From: Candidatus Omnitrophota bacterium
GTDB taxonomy: Bacteria; Omnitrophota; Gorgyraeia; Gygaellales; Profunditerraquicolaceae
Length of the DNA: 64,000 nucleotides
Direction: 5' to 3'
NCBI GenBank assembly: GCA_016867115.1
Contig: VGKG01000001.1
Coordinates: 29,237-93,236, forward strand
The notes beneath the pieces are model-generated. The model was given only the letters and a program-made list of their open reading frames with translations. It was not told where the DNA came from and did not search any database. The position numbers were made by a program, and so were the translations under genes. This document shows positions 28,898 to 40,691 of this stretch, piece by piece (within the stretch, counting starts at the first letter, position 1; the number at the start of each line of letters is the position of its first letter).

Positions 28898-30168
28898 CTC
28901 TTTTTGATCAGCCTCCTGATCAATGCCAGCTCCACCTCGCGGTTAGGCGCTTCTCCGTCGAGTTTCGCATTCAGCACACGGGTGAATATCTTCTGGTAAT
29001 ACGGTCCCGGCGCAAGGCCTAATCTGCGCAGGTCATCCCCGGTGATCAGGATGCGCATCCCGTTATAAATCTCAAAAAAGTCTTCGATGTGCTTCTGGAC
29101 AGAGGCATTCCTGTATTCGGCCTTGATCAGAAGGATCTCTTCGTAACTAAGCGGCTCAAGCAGGGCGAATATCTTCGACGGCCGGGTATCCGGCCGGCTT
29201 AAGGAAGCGATAAGCTTGCCGGTATGTTTCTTTGCGTTAAGTATCCTCTTCTCTTCGCCCCGGCGCAGCGCAAGCCTGCGGCAGACGACCCTGGTGAACC
29301 TCGGGCTTAAACAATCCAGGAGCCCCATGAAATAAATGACCCAGGCGTCGAGGGGGCGGCGGTAGAAATGCGAATTTTCAAACCAGCTGACCTCTTCTTC
29401 TATCCGCCCTAAGAGCTTGTAATTCCTGGCGTAGACACATAGGCGCGGATGAAGAAAAGAAAGACCAGCCAGTTCTTTAAGCCGCTTAATCTCTTTAAGC
29501 GGCTCTTTTTCTTTCAGCATCAAAATAAGATCATCCCGGACGCGCTGCGGCTCTACCCGCTCCAGGTACTTGCCTTTTACCGCCTCTTTCAGGAGTTTAA
29601 GGGTCTTTGGCTCGATATGAAAATCATACCTTTTTTCAAACCGGATCGCCCTTAAGATGCGGGTGGGGTCGTCGATAAAACTCAGGTCATGCAGGACGCG
29701 GATCTTTTTCTTGCGCAGGTCATCTCTGCCGGAGAAAAAATCCACTAACTTCCCGAAGTTCTCGCTTGAGAGGCTGATCGCCATGGCGTTGATGGTGAAA
29801 TCCCTGCGGAAGAGGTCATCCTTGAGGCTGCCCGGCGCGACTACGGGCAGGTGCGCGGGTTTGGGATAATACTCTTTTCTGGCAGTGGAAAAGTCTACTT
29901 TCAGGTGCGATTCTAGAATGACGGTGGCTGTGCCGAACCTTCTGTGACGGATGAGTTTTGCGTTCAGGGCATGGGCAAAATCTTCGGCGACCTTTATGCC
30001 GCTGCCCTCAACCACGATATCCAGGTCCAGGTTCTTTACTCCCAGGATCAGATCGCGCACAAAACCTCCGACGAGGTATACGGGCATGTCGTTACTGGAG
30101 GCGATATCGCGCGCCAGATACACCAGATCCAATATCTCCTTGGGTAACTTCTCTAAATAATCTTTCAT
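28894..30168 (-). CDS. cca: CCA-adding tRNA nucleotidyltransferase / poly(A) polymerase family
   Basis: 424 aa with a Pol-beta-like NT domain (LVGGFVRDLILG...DLDIVVEG) and an RNA-binding region. Confidence 0.85.
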   Translation of the reverse strand: MKDYLEKLPKEILDLVYLARDIASSNDMPVYLVGGFVRDLILGVKNLDLDIVVEGSGIKVAEDFAHALNAKLIRHRRFGTATVILESHLKVDFSTARKEYYPKPAHLPVVAPGSLKDDLFRRDFTINAMAISLSSENFGKLVDFFSGRDDLRKKKIRVLHDLSFIDDPTRILRAIRFEKRYDFHIEPKTLKLLKEAVKGKYLERVEPQRVRDDLILMLKEKEPLKEIKRLKELAGLSFLHPRLCVYARNYKLLGRIEEEVSWFENSHFYRRPLDAWVIYFMGLLDCLSPRFTRVVCRRLALRRGEEKRILNAKKHTGKLIASLSRPDTRPSKIFALLEPLSYEEILLIKAEYRNASVQKHIEDFFEIYNGMRILITGDDLRRLGLAPGPYYQKIFTRVLNAKLDGEAPNREVELALIRRLIKKR

Positions 30169-30221
30169 TACACCTTTCTACTTCCCGCAGTGTGCAGTAT
30201 ACGGTATAGAGCCTACTGCAT

Positions 30222-31109
30222 TTACGGACGGGGATGAAACTGCTTATGGATGCTTTTCAGCCGGTCCTTGTTTACATGCGTATAAAGCTGGGTCGTAGAG
30301 ATATTGGAGTGCCCCAGCATCTCCTGCACCGAACGCAGGTCCGCCCCCCGCTCTAATAGGTGCGTGGCAAAAGAGTGCCGCAGGATGTGCGGCCGCATGG
30401 GCTTGGCGATCTTCGCCTTTCTGGCATAACCCTTCACCATCTTCCACATGGAGATACGCGAAAGCTTCCTGCCGAAGCGGTTAACGAAAAGGTATTCGCA
30501 TATCCTAGCCTTGACCAGCTTCGGCCGCGACGCTTCCAGGTAACGATTAATGCTTGAGATCGCCTTTTTTCCAAGCGGGATCACGCGCTCTTTATTGCCT
30601 TTTCCGATGGCGCGCAAAAAACCGATATCCAGGTTTACGCTGTCAGTCTTAAGGTTCACTGCTTCGGAAACGCGCATTCCCGTAGCATACAGGGTTTCGA
30701 GTATTGCCTTATCCCTTATACCCTGGATGCTGCGGATATCGGGCTGGGCGATCAGGGCCTCCACTTCATTCAGGGAGAGCGTATCCGGGATCTTCTTCCA
30801 GAGCTTAGGCGAATCTACCAGATTGCTGGGATCGGCTTTAGTGATCCTCTCCCGGGCAAGGAAACGGTGGAACATGCGGATCGCAGCCAACCGCCGGGAG
30901 ATGGAATTCGCAGAAATACCCTTGTCTTTCTGGAACATCATAAAACCGGTGATCTCGGCCTTAGTGATCCTGGATACGGCATCCACATGATGCTGAATAA
31001 GATACTCTGTATAAGCATCCAGGTCCCTGCGGTATGAGAGAATAGTATTCTGCGCCAGCCCGCGTTCCACAGAAAGATAATCCAGAAAAGAATCGATGAA
31101 CTCCTTCAC
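30222..31109 (-). CDS. xerD: Tyrosine site-specific recombinase XerC/XerD
   Basis: 295 aa with a SAM-like N-terminal domain and catalytic R...HxxR...Y (ILRHSFATHLLERGADLRSVQEMLGHSNISTTQLYTHV). Confidence 0.85.
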   Translation of the reverse strand: MKEFIDSFLDYLSVERGLAQNTILSYRRDLDAYTEYLIQHHVDAVSRITKAEITGFMMFQKDKGISANSISRRLAAIRMFHRFLARERITKADPSNLVDSPKLWKKIPDTLSLNEVEALIAQPDIRSIQGIRDKAILETLYATGMRVSEAVNLKTDSVNLDIGFLRAIGKGNKERVIPLGKKAISSINRYLEASRPKLVKARICEYLFVNRFGRKLSRISMWKMVKGYARKAKIAKPMRPHILRHSFATHLLERGADLRSVQEMLGHSNISTTQLYTHVNKDRLKSIHKQFHPRP

Positions 31110-31725
31110 GATATTAAAAATGGGTTGTGCTTCCTCTCCTCTCCGATAGTCGATGCCGGCCCGTGCCCGGGATAAATCACTGTGTCATCGCTAAGGCTGA
31201 GCAGCTTCTCTTTGATAGTGCGGATCAAGAGCGTTTCATCCCCGCCTTCAAGGTCCGTGCGGCCGATCCCGCCGCAAAAGAGATTGTCGCCTGTGAATAC
31301 TATCCTTTCCTCCGGCTCGACCACTTTAAGCGCAATGCCTCCGCGGGTATGCCCGGGTATATGCAGGACTTTCAGTTTTAATCCTTCAAGGCCGATGACA
31401 TCACCGTCTTCAAGCGGGATTATCTTTGACTTCACCCTGTAAGGCAGGCCGAACATGCCCGAAAGGTTAAGCGCGCTATCCTCCAATAACGGGACATCCG
31501 CCCGGTGCGCATAGACCGGAGAGCCGAATTTATCGTCGGCGCCGATGTGGTCGTAGTGGCCGTGCGTATTCACCACCAAAATCGGCTTTAACTTGTGCCT
31601 GCTTAAGGCATGCATGATCTTACGGGGTTCTGCCCCGGGATCGATAATGACCGCCTCTGAAGCCTCTCTCAAGGCCAGGCAATAACAATTGACTTCCAGC
31701 GATCCCACGCTGACATGCTCTATGA

Positions 31726-31729
<4 letters not shown>
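31106..31729 (-). CDS. MBL-fold metallo-hydrolase (glyoxalase II-like)
   Basis: 207 aa with the metallo-beta-lactamase motif VNTHGHYDHIGA and downstream His/Asp ligands. Confidence 0.8.
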
Positions 31730-34229
<2,500 letters not shown>

Positions 34230-34958
34230 TTATTTTCCCGCTAAAAGCCGGTTGCCCAGGTATTCGGGAAGCCCTGCCCGGATGATCTTTTCCCTGGCTG
34301 CCTCGGCGTCATATTCTACGCGCTTAACCTGGATCTGTCTCTTTGCCGTATCGTATACGCAATACGCTGCCCGCGGGTCACCGTCCCGGGGCTGGCCCAC
34401 GCTGCCGACATTCACGATATAGCTGTGTTTGGGCCTGACCTCGACAGAGAGCTCTTCCGGATAGTGTATCTGGCTATGTTTGTCCCGGATAAAGATGCCG
34501 GGGACATGCGAATGGCCGACAAAACAGACCGCCGCCTGCATCAGCTTAAAGGTCTCTTCAGCGGTGAGGCTATCCAGCATATAATCGAAATCCTGGGGGT
34601 TATCGAGCGTGCCGTGCACCAGGGTGAGATCCTCGTTTTCGTAGACGAATTTCAGGCTCTCCAGAAAAGACTTCTCCCGCGGATTGAGCCTCTCTTTGGT
34701 CCACAGCAGAGCCTGGCGGGCAAAAGAGTTGAAATAGTCGCTTGAGAACTGGTCTACCGCTGCCCAGTCGTGGTTACCGGCTACGATGACACTGGCAATT
34801 TGCCCGGTCTTTTCAATGCACTCATGGAGATCGCTGCCGTAGCCGACGATGTCTCCCCCGCAGAAATACGTATCGATCCCTTCCCGGCCGTAGGCCTTGA
34901 TCACCGCTTCAAGGGCTTCAAGATTAGAATGGATATCGGAGAAGATGCCGTAGCGCAC
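34230..34958 (-). CDS. Calcineurin-like metallophosphoesterase (YfcE/MJ0936-like)
   Basis: 242 aa with MRYGIFSDIHSN...GDIVGYG...GNHD motifs. Confidence 0.75.
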   Translation of the reverse strand: MRYGIFSDIHSNLEALEAVIKAYGREGIDTYFCGGDIVGYGSDLHECIEKTGQIASVIVAGNHDWAAVDQFSSDYFNSFARQALLWTKERLNPREKSFLESLKFVYENEDLTLVHGTLDNPQDFDYMLDSLTAEETFKLMQAAVCFVGHSHVPGIFIRDKHSQIHYPEELSVEVRPKHSYIVNVGSVGQPRDGDPRAAYCVYDTAKRQIQVKRVEYDAEAAREKIIRAGLPEYLGNRLLAGK

Positions 34959-35233
34959 TAGTATCCTATCCCGAAATCCTTGAACTCATCGCTGGCCTCG
35001 AGCCATTCGATGTCAGCGTCACGGATATAGCGGGAAAAATACTGGTTGATCCGGGTGAGAAAATCTTTTAGGGTTTCTTCGTCTGCTTCAGCAATGAGCT
35101 CAACGCGGCCGTCGCGCAAGTTCCTTACCCGGCCGTTCACGCCAAGGTCATCTGCGACATCGACCGCAGTAAACCTGAAACCTACTCCTTGGACATTGCC
35201 CGAGAAAAAAGCATGCAGGCGCTTCTTAGCCAT
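34958..35233 (-). CDS. acyP: Acylphosphatase
   Basis: 91 aa carrying the acylphosphatase signature GNVQGVGFR...GRVRNLRDGRVE. Confidence 0.85.
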   Translation of the reverse strand: MAKKRLHAFFSGNVQGVGFRFTAVDVADDLGVNGRVRNLRDGRVELIAEADEETLKDFLTRINQYFSRYIRDADIEWLEASDEFKDFGIGY

Positions 35234-35264
35234 TTACTGATTTGGTCGGGGCGGACAGACTTGT

Positions 35265-35324
35265 CCCGCCAAGCGAATCAAATCTAGGGCGGGATCCCGC
35301 CCTCGCGTAATATTGCTTGGCGGG
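35265..35324 (-). other. Nested GC-rich inverted repeats (stem-loop cluster) between tRNA-Pro and acyP; possibly a terminator or processing structure.
   Basis: CCCGCCAAGC at 35265-74 pairs with GCTTGGCGGG at 35315-24, enclosing the perfect 16-bp palindrome GGGCGGGATCCCGCCC (35287-35302). A further hairpin GGCGGACAGACTTGTCCCGCC lies at 35249-70. No U-tract follows. Confidence 0.45.
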
Positions 35325-35349
35325 AAACCGTCTATACCTAGATATCAAG

Positions 35350-35424
35350 TCGGGGCGCACGGACTTGAACCGTGGACCTCAGCGTCCCGAACGCTGCGCT
35401 CTAGCCAAACTGAGCCACGCCCCG
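35350..35424 (-). tRNA. tRNA-Pro (anticodon CGG)
   Basis: Minus strand reads CGGGGCGTGGCTCAGTTTGGCTAGAGCGCAGCGTTCGGGACGCTGAGGTCCACGGTTCAAGTCCGTGCGCCCCGA. It has a 7-bp acceptor stem, D, anticodon (loop TTCGGGA) and T arms (GGTTCAAGTCC). CCA is not encoded. A TTGCCA, 17 nt, TATACT promoter lies at 35474..35446. Confidence 0.85.
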
Positions 35425-35489
35425 ATAGATTTTTTATAACACATTAGTATAACAGAAATTATGAAAGTTGGCAAATATTTCAGGCGGGT

Positions 35490-36059
35490 TTAAGTTCTTT
35501 TGGCCAGGATGTCGAACTCGATATTGACCTTGTCTGAAGGGCCTTTGAATCCGAGTGTAGTGTTCTTGAGGGTGTGGGGAATAATGTAGGCGCTGAAGGT
35601 AGTGGCAGTCTTACGGGCAACGGTCAGGCTGATGCCGTCTACTGCGACCGAACCTTTTGGCAGGATATATTTCATAAAAGAGGCCGGCACGCTTATCTCA
35701 AAACCAAGGTTCCCTGCGGCGTAACCCTTCCTGCGGATAATTCCGGTGCAGTCGACGTGGCCGGTGACAAAATGCCCGGAGACCCTGTCGCCTAACTTTA
35801 GGCTGCGCTCAAGATTCACCTTATCGCAAGCCTTAAGGCTCCCTAAGTTCGTCAGCTTCAGAGTTTCAGGCATTGCTTCAAAAACAAGGGCTCCCCATGT
35901 TTTCTTAACCGCCGTAAGGCAGGCGCCGTTGACGCTGATGCTGTCTCCGATCTTGGTCTCTCTAAGAACCGTTTCGCCGGCGATCTCTAAAAGCGTATTC
36001 CCGCCGCGACGGGATATGCTTTTAACCTGGCCTAATTCTTCAATTATTCCGGTAAACAT
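35490..36059 (-). CDS. ribE: Riboflavin synthase alpha subunit
   Basis: 189 aa beginning MFTGIIEELG, with two lumazine-binding repeats. Confidence 0.88.
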   Translation of the reverse strand: MFTGIIEELGQVKSISRRGGNTLLEIAGETVLRETKIGDSISVNGACLTAVKKTWGALVFEAMPETLKLTNLGSLKACDKVNLERSLKLGDRVSGHFVTGHVDCTGIIRRKGYAAGNLGFEISVPASFMKYILPKGSVAVDGISLTVARKTATTFSAYIIPHTLKNTTLGFKGPSDKVNIEFDILAKRT

Positions 36060-37160
36060 CTATTTCGGGTATCCTTCTATGAGCAGGTCCTCGCCAAGGC
36101 GGCGCAATTTTATATCTTTCAGCCTGATCGCGCTGTCAATGCGCGTAATGCCCCTGCCCATCACCGAGCCGATCGCCTCCTTTCCTCCGATGATCTTTGG
36201 GCTGATGAAGAACATCGCCTTATCTACCAGCCCTTCGTCAAAGAATGAACCGATCAGGGTCCCTCCGCCTTCCACAAGGATATTGGCAATCTCAAGCTGG
36301 GCTAATCTTTTAAGCATGTCGCGCAGGTTTATCTGGCCTGACTTTTCCTTCACCTCAAGGATCCTGGCCTTGGCTGCCAGGACCTTCCTATTCTCTGTCT
36401 CCTGTCCCGGCCGGGTAGGCAGAGTAACCAGGATCACATTAGGATTGCCGCCGAATAGGGAGGCGTCCTCCGGCGTGCTTAGCTGGGTATCCACGATGAC
36501 TTTTATCGGATGCCGCCTGGAATACCATGCATCTAGGCGCGGATTATCCCTGAGGACCGTATTCACCCCGACCATCACCGCGTCAAAGTCGCCGCGCATG
36601 CGGTGGGCGAAACTGCGGGACTTATCCGAAGTGATCCACTTGGAATCGCCGGTCCGGGTGGCGATCCTGCCGTCAAGGGATTCGGCGACCTTTACCGTAA
36701 CAAACGGGATCCTCTGGCTGATATATTTAATAAAGACTTCGTTCGCCTTTCTTAAATCCTTCTCCAGGAACCCCACCCTCACCTTTATTTTATTCTGCCG
36801 CAGGATCGACACTCCTTTTCCGTTGTTCAGAGGATTGGGGTCGATCATGCCTATGAAGACCTCCTTTATACCGCTTGCGATGATCCGGTTTACACAGGGC
36901 GGGGTGCGGCCAAAGTGCACGCAGGGCTCTAAGGTCACGTAAAGCTGGGCCCCGCGGCTGGACTTGCCCGCTTTGTCGAGGGCAATGACTTCGGCATGCG
37001 GCGAGCCTGCCTTCTCATGAAAACCCCTGGCTATCACGCGGCCGTTCTTTACCACCAGTGCGCCGACCATGGGATTAGGCAGAGTCCTGCCCCTGGCTTT
37101 AAGCGCGAGCTTCAAAGCCTGCGACATGAATTTTTCGTGGATATCCTTATATTTTTTCAT
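36060..37160 (-). CDS. ribD: Bifunctional diaminohydroxyphosphoribosylaminopyrimidine deaminase / 5-amino-6-(5-phosphoribosylamino)uracil reductase
   Basis: 366 aa with a CMP/dCMP-type deaminase domain (HAEVIAL...PCVHFGRTPPC) and a C-terminal RibD reductase domain. Confidence 0.88.
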   Translation of the reverse strand: MKKYKDIHEKFMSQALKLALKARGRTLPNPMVGALVVKNGRVIARGFHEKAGSPHAEVIALDKAGKSSRGAQLYVTLEPCVHFGRTPPCVNRIIASGIKEVFIGMIDPNPLNNGKGVSILRQNKIKVRVGFLEKDLRKANEVFIKYISQRIPFVTVKVAESLDGRIATRTGDSKWITSDKSRSFAHRMRGDFDAVMVGVNTVLRDNPRLDAWYSRRHPIKVIVDTQLSTPEDASLFGGNPNVILVTLPTRPGQETENRKVLAAKARILEVKEKSGQINLRDMLKRLAQLEIANILVEGGGTLIGSFFDEGLVDKAMFFISPKIIGGKEAIGSVMGRGITRIDSAIRLKDIKLRRLGEDLLIEGYPK

Positions 37161-37163
37161 ATC

Positions 37164-37991
37164 TTATCTCTCAATTGCGGCTTTTGCTTCTTTGAGTTTC
37201 TCTACTAATTCATAAGGTATCTTCATCGAGCCGATGCGCACTGCCGGCTTTGCTTCACCGTGGCAATCCGAGCCGCCGGTAACCAGCAGGTTATATTTCT
37301 TCACCAGGCTCAGGTACACATTGATCATGGACTGGGTGTGTTCCGGATAATAGACCTCTAAGCCCATTATCCCGTAGTCGATAAAACGGATAACCAGCTC
37401 GTCGTTATTCAGGCTGTAGGGGTGGGCCAGGACCGGCACTGCGCCGATATCCCGGATCAATCCGATCGCCTCTTCGGCGCTGAATTTAAAACCTAAGACA
37501 TAGCCGGGGCACTTATCGCCGATGTATTTATGGAAGGCCTCGTAAACAGAGTTGATTATCCCTTCCCGGACCATTGCCCGCGCCACATGAAGCCTGCCTA
37601 CCGAACCGCCGCCTGCGATAGCGAATATCGTCTCGGGGTTTAATACGATGCCTATTCTCTTAAGCCTCTCCACGATTTTATAGATACGTTCCCGGCGCTT
37701 GATCTTCAGGTCGCCAAGCCTGCTCAATAACTCTCTATTGCGGTAATCAATGAGGTAACCCAGGATGTGGACTTCCTGCTCCTGGTATTCCGCGGAGAGC
37801 TCGATGCCGGCTAAGACCTCCAGGCCTTCTCCTGATGCTGCCTTTATCACCGGCTCAATGCCGTCAACAGTATCGTGATCAACCACGGCGATCGCAGAGA
37901 GGCCGGCCTTTACACTTGCTGAAACCAGCTGCTCGGGCGAGTATGTGCCGTCGGAAAAAGAGGTGTGCAGATGAAGGTCGGCGTATTTCAT
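37164..37991 (-). CDS. PHP-domain phosphoesterase (TrpH/YciV-like) embedded in the rib operon
   Basis: 275 aa with the PHP motifs MKYADLHLHTSFSDG...VVDHD...GGSDCHG. It overlaps nusB by 4 nt and lies 3 nt upstream of ribD. Confidence 0.75.
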   Translation of the reverse strand: MKYADLHLHTSFSDGTYSPEQLVSASVKAGLSAIAVVDHDTVDGIEPVIKAASGEGLEVLAGIELSAEYQEQEVHILGYLIDYRNRELLSRLGDLKIKRRERIYKIVERLKRIGIVLNPETIFAIAGGGSVGRLHVARAMVREGIINSVYEAFHKYIGDKCPGYVLGFKFSAEEAIGLIRDIGAVPVLAHPYSLNNDELVIRFIDYGIMGLEVYYPEHTQSMINVYLSLVKKYNLLVTGGSDCHGEAKPAVRIGSMKIPYELVEKLKEAKAAIER

Positions 37992-38404
37992 GCGCCCTTT
38001 TCTATTTTTATTTTATCGAGGATGGCGTTGACGAACTTTCCGGATTCGACACCGGAATACTTCTTGGCAAGTTCAACCGCTTCATTGATGGCTACCTTCG
38101 GAGGGATATCCTGCCGGAAGAGAAGCTCAAAAGCGCCGAGGCGCAATACATTCCTATCCACCACCGCCATGCGCTCAAGCTGCCAGTTGGTGGCAAACTG
38201 CGAGATCTTTACGTCAATGGCTCTCAGGTTCTCCGCTACTCCCGTGACCAGCTGCGAGGTGAACTCTTTCATCGCCTCGTCATGATGCTCTTCTTTATTC
38301 GTCTCCCAGAAGTTCTTAAGCGAGTCCGCAGGAGGATCGTGAGTGATGTCCATCTGATAGAGGATCTGCAGGGCGAACTCCCTGGCCTTTGTACGTTTAC
38401 GCAC
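37988..38404 (-). CDS. nusB: Transcription antitermination factor NusB
   Basis: 138-aa all-helical protein in the NusB family (AREFALQILYQMD); ribH-nusB linkage is conserved. Confidence 0.85.
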   Translation of the reverse strand: MRKRTKAREFALQILYQMDITHDPPADSLKNFWETNKEEHHDEAMKEFTSQLVTGVAENLRAIDVKISQFATNWQLERMAVVDRNVLRLGAFELLFRQDIPPKVAINEAVELAKKYSGVESGKFVNAILDKIKIEKGA

Positions 38405-38405
38405 G

Positions 38406-38873
38406 TTATTTTATCTGGCTCATAAGATTGACCATCTCAATGGCTGAGACTGCCGCATCCCTACCCTTGTTGCCGTCCTTGGTCCCTGCGCGCTCGACCG
38501 CCTGTTCGATGGTGTCGGCAGTGATTACTCCAAAGATCACCGGCTTCGCAGAATCCAGAGACACCTTAGCTACGCCTTTGGCCGCCTCTGAAGCGATAAA
38601 ATCAAAATGCGGGGTGGAACCGCGGATGATCGTCCCGAGGCAGATCACCGCATCGTAATCCTTGGATTTCGCAAGATTCTGCGCCGCAAGCGGCATCTCA
38701 AACGCTCCGGGGACCCAGACTACTGCCTGATCCGTCTCCTGAGCGCCGTGACGTACCAGGGTATCAATGCATCCTGAAACAAGCTCCTTGGTCAGAAAAT
38801 CATTGAAGCGTGACGCTACGATCGCGAATCTCTTTCCCTTCACAATTAATCCCCCTTCAATTGTCTTTACCAT
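38406..38873 (-). CDS. ribH: 6,7-dimethyl-8-ribityllumazine synthase
   Basis: 155 aa with lumazine synthase motifs ([19 protein letters not shown]). Strong RBS GGAGG 7 nt upstream. Confidence 0.9.
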   Translation of the reverse strand: MVKTIEGGLIVKGKRFAIVASRFNDFLTKELVSGCIDTLVRHGAQETDQAVVWVPGAFEMPLAAQNLAKSKDYDAVICLGTIIRGSTPHFDFIASEAAKGVAKVSLDSAKPVIFGVITADTIEQAVERAGTKDGNKGRDAAVSAIEMVNLMSQIK

Positions 38874-38889
38874 CTTCCTACCTCCTTTA

Positions 38890-39029
38890 AATGAGCAGAC
38901 AACTTATGGAGCGCACAAAGTAAGCGGACATAAGTTGTAGCTGCCTAGTTTAATTACTGTCAGCGTCTGCGAATTTACCCCGAGCCTGCGATGAAAATTC
39001 TGCAAGAATTTTCGAGCGTTTAGGCGAGG
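38890..39029. repeat. Copy 2 of the conserved structured intergenic element, located between ribBA and ribH
   Basis: Shares all conserved blocks with copy 1 (1440..1652). The variable internal hairpin is different and shorter. It ends right next to the ribH Shine-Dalgarno sequence. Confidence 0.6.
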
Positions 39030-39047
39030 GGCTATCTTCTGCTCAAT

Positions 39048-40253
39048 TTATTCAATATTCAACTCGTGCCCCAACTTCTCTTTCTTCGTCTTCAGATACC
39101 TGTAATTCACCGGATTCGGCTCTGATTCAAGCGCCAGGCGCTCCACTACGCGCAGGCCGTAACCCTCGAGTCCGACGATCTTTCTGGGATTATTGGTCAA
39201 GAGCCGGATATTCTTTACCCCTAAATCCACAAGGATCTGCGCACCGATGCCGTAATCGCGCAGGTCCGCTTTATGGCCCAGGGCCTCATTAGCCTGGACC
39301 GTATCCAGGCCTTTATCCTGCAGGGAATAGGCCCGGATCTTCTCCACTAATCCTATGCCGCGGCCCTCCTGGTTCATGTACAGGATCACGCCTTTCTTCT
39401 CGTTGCCGATGATCTGCATCGCCTTCTCAAGCTGCCGGCCGCAGTCGCAGCGCAGCGACCCGAAAACATCTCCGGTAAGGCACTCCGAATGCACGCGCAC
39501 TATCGCGGTCTGATCCCTGAACTCTCCCATGACCAGGGCAGTATGCACTTTATTATCGGTCAGGTCGCGGTAAAGGACCAGCCTGAAATCGCCGTATTCC
39601 GTGGGCAGCGTAGTCTCGGCAGCGCGCTCGATCAATTTTTCCGAGCGGCGGCGGAACTCAATGAGGTCGGCGATAGAACAGATCTTCAGATTGTGTTTAC
39701 GGGAGAATTCCAGTAATTGCGCAAGCCGCGCCATGGAGCCGTCTTCATTCATGATCTCGCAGATCACTCCTGCAGGATAAAGCCCGGCTAAACGCATCAG
39801 GTCTACCGAAGCTTCGGTATGGCCTGCCCTGACCAGGCAACCGCCTTTACGCGCGCGTAAGGGAAAGACATGCCCCGGCCGGATCAGGTCTTCTACGCTA
39901 CTCTGAGGATTTATCAGGACTTCTATCGTGCGGCTGCGGTCATGTGCGGAGATACCGGTGGTTATGCCGCGCGAGGCATCTACCGAGATCATCCAGGCAG
40001 TGGCAAAAGGGTCCTGCTTGGCGTTCGCCTCTTTTAGCATAGGTTCAAGGCCAAGCCGACGCAGCCGCTCTTCTTCCATGGGCACGCAAATGAGCCCGCG
40101 GCCGTATTTGGCCATGAAATTAATACTCTCAGGCCGGGCGAAAGAGGCAGCCATGATCAGATCGCCTTCGTTCTCACGGTCCTCATCATCTACGACCACG
40201 ACCATTTTACCGGTTTTGAGATCTTCTAGAATATCTGGGATGGAATTGAACAT
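39048..40253 (-). CDS. ribBA: Bifunctional 3,4-dihydroxy-2-butanone-4-phosphate synthase / GTP cyclohydrolase II
   Basis: 401 aa with an N-terminal DHBP synthase domain (VVDDEDRENEGDL) and a C-terminal GTP cyclohydrolase II domain with a Cys zinc site. Confidence 0.9.
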   Translation of the reverse strand: MFNSIPDILEDLKTGKMVVVVDDEDRENEGDLIMAASFARPESINFMAKYGRGLICVPMEEERLRRLGLEPMLKEANAKQDPFATAWMISVDASRGITTGISAHDRSRTIEVLINPQSSVEDLIRPGHVFPLRARKGGCLVRAGHTEASVDLMRLAGLYPAGVICEIMNEDGSMARLAQLLEFSRKHNLKICSIADLIEFRRRSEKLIERAAETTLPTEYGDFRLVLYRDLTDNKVHTALVMGEFRDQTAIVRVHSECLTGDVFGSLRCDCGRQLEKAMQIIGNEKKGVILYMNQEGRGIGLVEKIRAYSLQDKGLDTVQANEALGHKADLRDYGIGAQILVDLGVKNIRLLTNNPRKIVGLEGYGLRVVERLALESEPNPVNYRYLKTKKEKLGHELNIE

Positions 40254-40402
40254 GGATTGTTTGTATGCTTAGCTCCTGCTGATTTGCTCGTCAAACACAC
40301 TCGCAAATCAAAACGCAGGAGTTAATTCGCGGGCGCCCTCGTTTCACTCGGGCTACACTTTACGTTCACTCACTTAGTTCGTTCCGTAAAGTGTCCGCTC
40401 AT

Positions 40403-40428
40403 TAAAAAGCCCGAAGATGATCTTCGGG
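40403..40428 (-). terminator. Intrinsic terminator / attenuator hairpin of the FMN riboswitch expression platform
   Basis: Minus strand reads CCCGAAGATCATCTTCGGGC followed by TTTTTAAT, about 15 nt downstream of the aptamer 3' end and upstream of the ribBA start. Confidence 0.7.
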
Positions 40429-40440
40429 TAAGGGGTGATC

Positions 40441-40622
40441 AATCTTCTCTCATCTGGACTCTAACCATCGGCTCTGGCATCTTACCAGATCCTGCCCTGA
40501 CTTGCGTCTGGGCTCGCGGGCTCTCACCCGGCGCTATAGGATGCGCCGGTGCGCGCTTGCTGCGCGACCGCCGGTCAGGAATCCCTGCCTTCTACAGACA
40601 GGTCACCTTGCCCCGAAGATTA
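40441..40622 (-). ncRNA. FMN riboswitch (RFN element) controlling ribBA-ribH-nusB-PHP-ribD-ribE
   Basis: Minus strand carries the RFN conserved blocks: GGCAGGGATTCCTGACCGGCGGT, AGCCCGCGAGCC, GATCTGGTAAGATGCCAGAGCCGATGGTTAGAGTCCAGATGAGAGAAGA. A TTGACA, 16 nt, TACACT promoter lies just upstream at 40658..40631. Confidence 0.85.
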
Positions 40623-40691
40623 ACAAAGTTAGTGTAGCATAAAATCTTATCTTGTCAATAGCATAAAATATACCTATAATAAGGTAATCCT

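Noticed and set aside
35746-36942. 398-aa ORF on the plus strand
   Set aside because: It is entirely antisense to the well-supported ribD gene, which has the deaminase HAEV/PCxxC motifs. Its translation is low-complexity and Ser/Arg/Pro-rich, typical of a GC-rich antisense open frame.
38890-39029. Interpreting the repeat element as a second riboswitch (FMN or other) or a T-box
   Set aside because: It has none of the conserved RFN, T-box, TPP, SAM or cobalamin core motifs. The genuine FMN riboswitch is at 40441-40622.
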